Assembly: GCF_009914755.1 (NCBI RefSeq)
Contig: NC_060927.1
Origin: the human T2T-CHM13v2.0 reference genome, Homo sapiens
DNA length: 64,000 nt
Direction: 5' to 3' (one strand)
The position numbers and the translations under genes were made by a program. Shown piece after piece: positions 62,301 to 64,000 of the stretch. The notes under the pieces were generated by a model. The model did not search any database, had not been told where the DNA came from, and worked only from the letters and a program-made list of their open reading frames with translations. Every line of letters begins with the position of its first letter. The stretch's first letter is position 1.

Positions 62301-64000
62301 GCCTCAGAAAAGTCCCAATATACCCTTGCAGATTCTACAAAAAGAGTTTTTCAAAACTGCTCTATCCAAAGAAAGGTTAAACTCTGTGAGTTGAAGGCAC
62401 ACATCACAAAGTAGTTTCTGAGAATCATTCTGTCTAGTTTTTCTATGAAGATATTGCCTTTTCCACCATAGGCCTCAAACGGCGCTAAATATCCACTTGG
62501 AAATTCTACAAAAAGAGAGTTACAAAACTGCTCTATCGAAAGGAAGCTGCAACTCTGCGAGTTGAAAGCACACATCGCGAAGAAGTTGATGAGAATTCTT
62601 CTGTCTAGTTTTGTATGAAGAAGTCACGTCTCAAACGAAGGCCACAAAGAGGTCCAAATATCCACTTGGAGATTCAACAAAAAGAGTTTTTCAAAACTGC
62701 TCCGTCAAGATTAATATTCAACTCTGAGAGTTGAGGGCAGGTATCACAAACAAGTTTCCGACAACGCTTCTGTCTAGATTTTATGTGAAGACATTCCCTT
62801 TTGTACCACAGGCCTGAAAGCACTCTAAATATAGAATTGCAAATTCCACAGAAAGAGTGCTTAAAACCGCTCTATCCAAAGAAAGGTTAAACTCTGTCCG
62901 CTGAAGGCGCACATCACAAAGTAGCTTCAGAGAACAATTATGTCTAGTTTCTCTGTGAAGATATTTTCTCTTCTACATAGGCCTGAAACCGCTCTAAATA
63001 TTCACTTGGAAACTCTAGAAAAAGAATATTTCAACACTCTTCTGTCAAAAGGAAGGTTGAACTCTGAGAGTTCAATGCACACATCACAAAGAAGTTTCTG
63101 GGAATTCTTCTGTCAAGGTTTCTATGAAGAAATCCCGTTTCCAATGAAGGCCTCAAAAAAGTCCAAATATTTACTTGCAGATTCTACAAAAAGAGTGTTT
63201 CGTAACTGGTCTATCAAAAGAAAGGTTAAACTCAGTGAGTTGAACCCACACATCACAAAGTAGTTTCTGAGAATCATTCTGTCTAGTTTTCCTACGAAGA
63301 TATTGCCTTTTCTACCATAGGCCTCAAACGGCGCTAAATATCCACCTGGAAATTCTACACAAACTGAGTTTCAAAAGTGCTCTATTGAAAGGAAGCTTCA
63401 ACTCTGTGAGTTGAAGGTACACATCACAAAGAAGTTTCTGAGAATTCTTCTGTCTAGTTGTAAATGAAGAAATCGCGTTTCACACGAAGGCCACAAAGAG
63501 GACCAAATATCCACTTGCAGATTCTACAAAAAGAGTGTCTCAAAACGGCTCCATCAAGAGGAATGTTCAACTCTGTGCGTTGAATGCAAATATCACAAAT
63601 AAGTTTCTGACAATACTTCCGTCTAGTTTTTATGTGAAGATATTTCCTTTCCTACTGTAGGCCTCAAAACGCTCTAAAGAGACACTTGCAAATTCCACAA
63701 AAAGAGGGTGTCAAAACTGCTCTATCAAAGGAAGTTTAAACTCCGTAAGATGAATGCAAGCATCACAAAACAGCTTCGGAGAATGAATCTGCCTAGTTTT
63801 TCTGTGAAGATATTTCTTTTTCTGCCATAGACCTCAAACCGCTGTGAAAATCCACTTGGAAATCCTACAAAAAGAGTATGTCAAAACTCTTCTATCGAAA
63901 GGAAGTTTCAACTCCATGAGTTAAATGCACATACCACAAATAATTTTCTGAGGATTCTTCTTTGAAGTTTTATATGAAGAAATCCCGTTTCCAAAGATGG
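41313..64000 (-). repeat. Homogeneous 10-monomer alpha-satellite HOR array, ~1,699-bp unit (12 full units, one 5-mer variant, one partial unit); SF01-like, possibly human chr3 S01C3H2
   Basis: The anchor gctgcaa recurs at about 41313, 43012, 44711, 46410, 48106, 49805, 51504, 53201, 54899, 55748, 57448, 59147, 60846 and 62546. Repeated identical ORF translations are 1696-1700 bp apart. Family and chromosome assignment is from recall of D6Z1/chr3-type sequence only and is less certain than the HOR structure. Confidence 0.95.
54899..55747 (-). repeat. 5-mer HOR structural variant (half-unit, 849 bp)
   Basis: Anchor spacing is 849 instead of 1699. At 55600-55643 the monomer beginning ...ctcagtgagttgaaccc continues into ttctatgaagatattgccttttccaccatagg of the homologous monomer in the other pentamer. 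The fused ORF 55475-55777 marks the junction. Confidence 0.93.

Noticed and set aside
1969-63263. All ORFs in the supplied track (60-117 aa), many repeated identically
   Set aside because: They are chance open frames in alphoid monomers and repeat with the satellite period. There is no gene context, many start at non-ATG codons, and they resemble only spurious satellite-derived proteins.
41313-64000. CRISPR-like array or repeated gene cassette
   Set aside because: There are no unique spacers or cas-like genes. The entire unit is repeated and consists of 171-bp alphoid monomers.
1-64000. LINE-1, Alu or other mobile-element insertion
   Set aside because: I saw no non-alphoid segment, poly-A tail or target-site duplication.
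41313-64000. Identification as D6Z1 (18-mer) or D18Z2 (10-mer)
   Set aside because: The period is 10 monomers, not 18. The pentameric substructure and SF1-like monomers do not match what I recall of the SF2-type D18Z2. This cannot be fully excluded without a database search.

Overview
The whole 64 kb is primate (human/great-ape type) centromeric alpha-satellite. It consists of ~171-bp monomers whose + strand is the reverse complement of the conventional consensus. I see no genes, RNA genes or transposon insertions, and all listed ORFs are satellite artefacts. The window spans a boundary. 1-~36,740 is a divergent array built on a ~850-bp pentamer (B-A-B'-A-A monomer types) with many old deletions and internal duplications. 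~41,313-64,000 is a homogeneous 10-monomer higher-order repeat (HOR, ~1,699 bp, two diverged pentamers). The junction between them is itself duplicated at a 4,572-bp offset. From recall the sequence resembles the archaic SF1 (SF01, D6Z1/chr3-type) family, and a 10-mer beside a divergent layer would fit human chr3 S01C3H2/S01C3H3d; this is unverified. The most notable observations are a 65-bp-arm fold-back inversion at 16.2-16.4 kb, no intact CENP-B box in the young HOR while the old layer keeps them, a likely relic of the HOR's precursor at ~27.1-27.6 kb, two rearrangements breaking in the same 44-bp tract, and ~3-HOR-scale duplications. I found no evidence of a novel gene system; the interest is in satellite structure and evolution. 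All coordinates and comparisons were made by eye.
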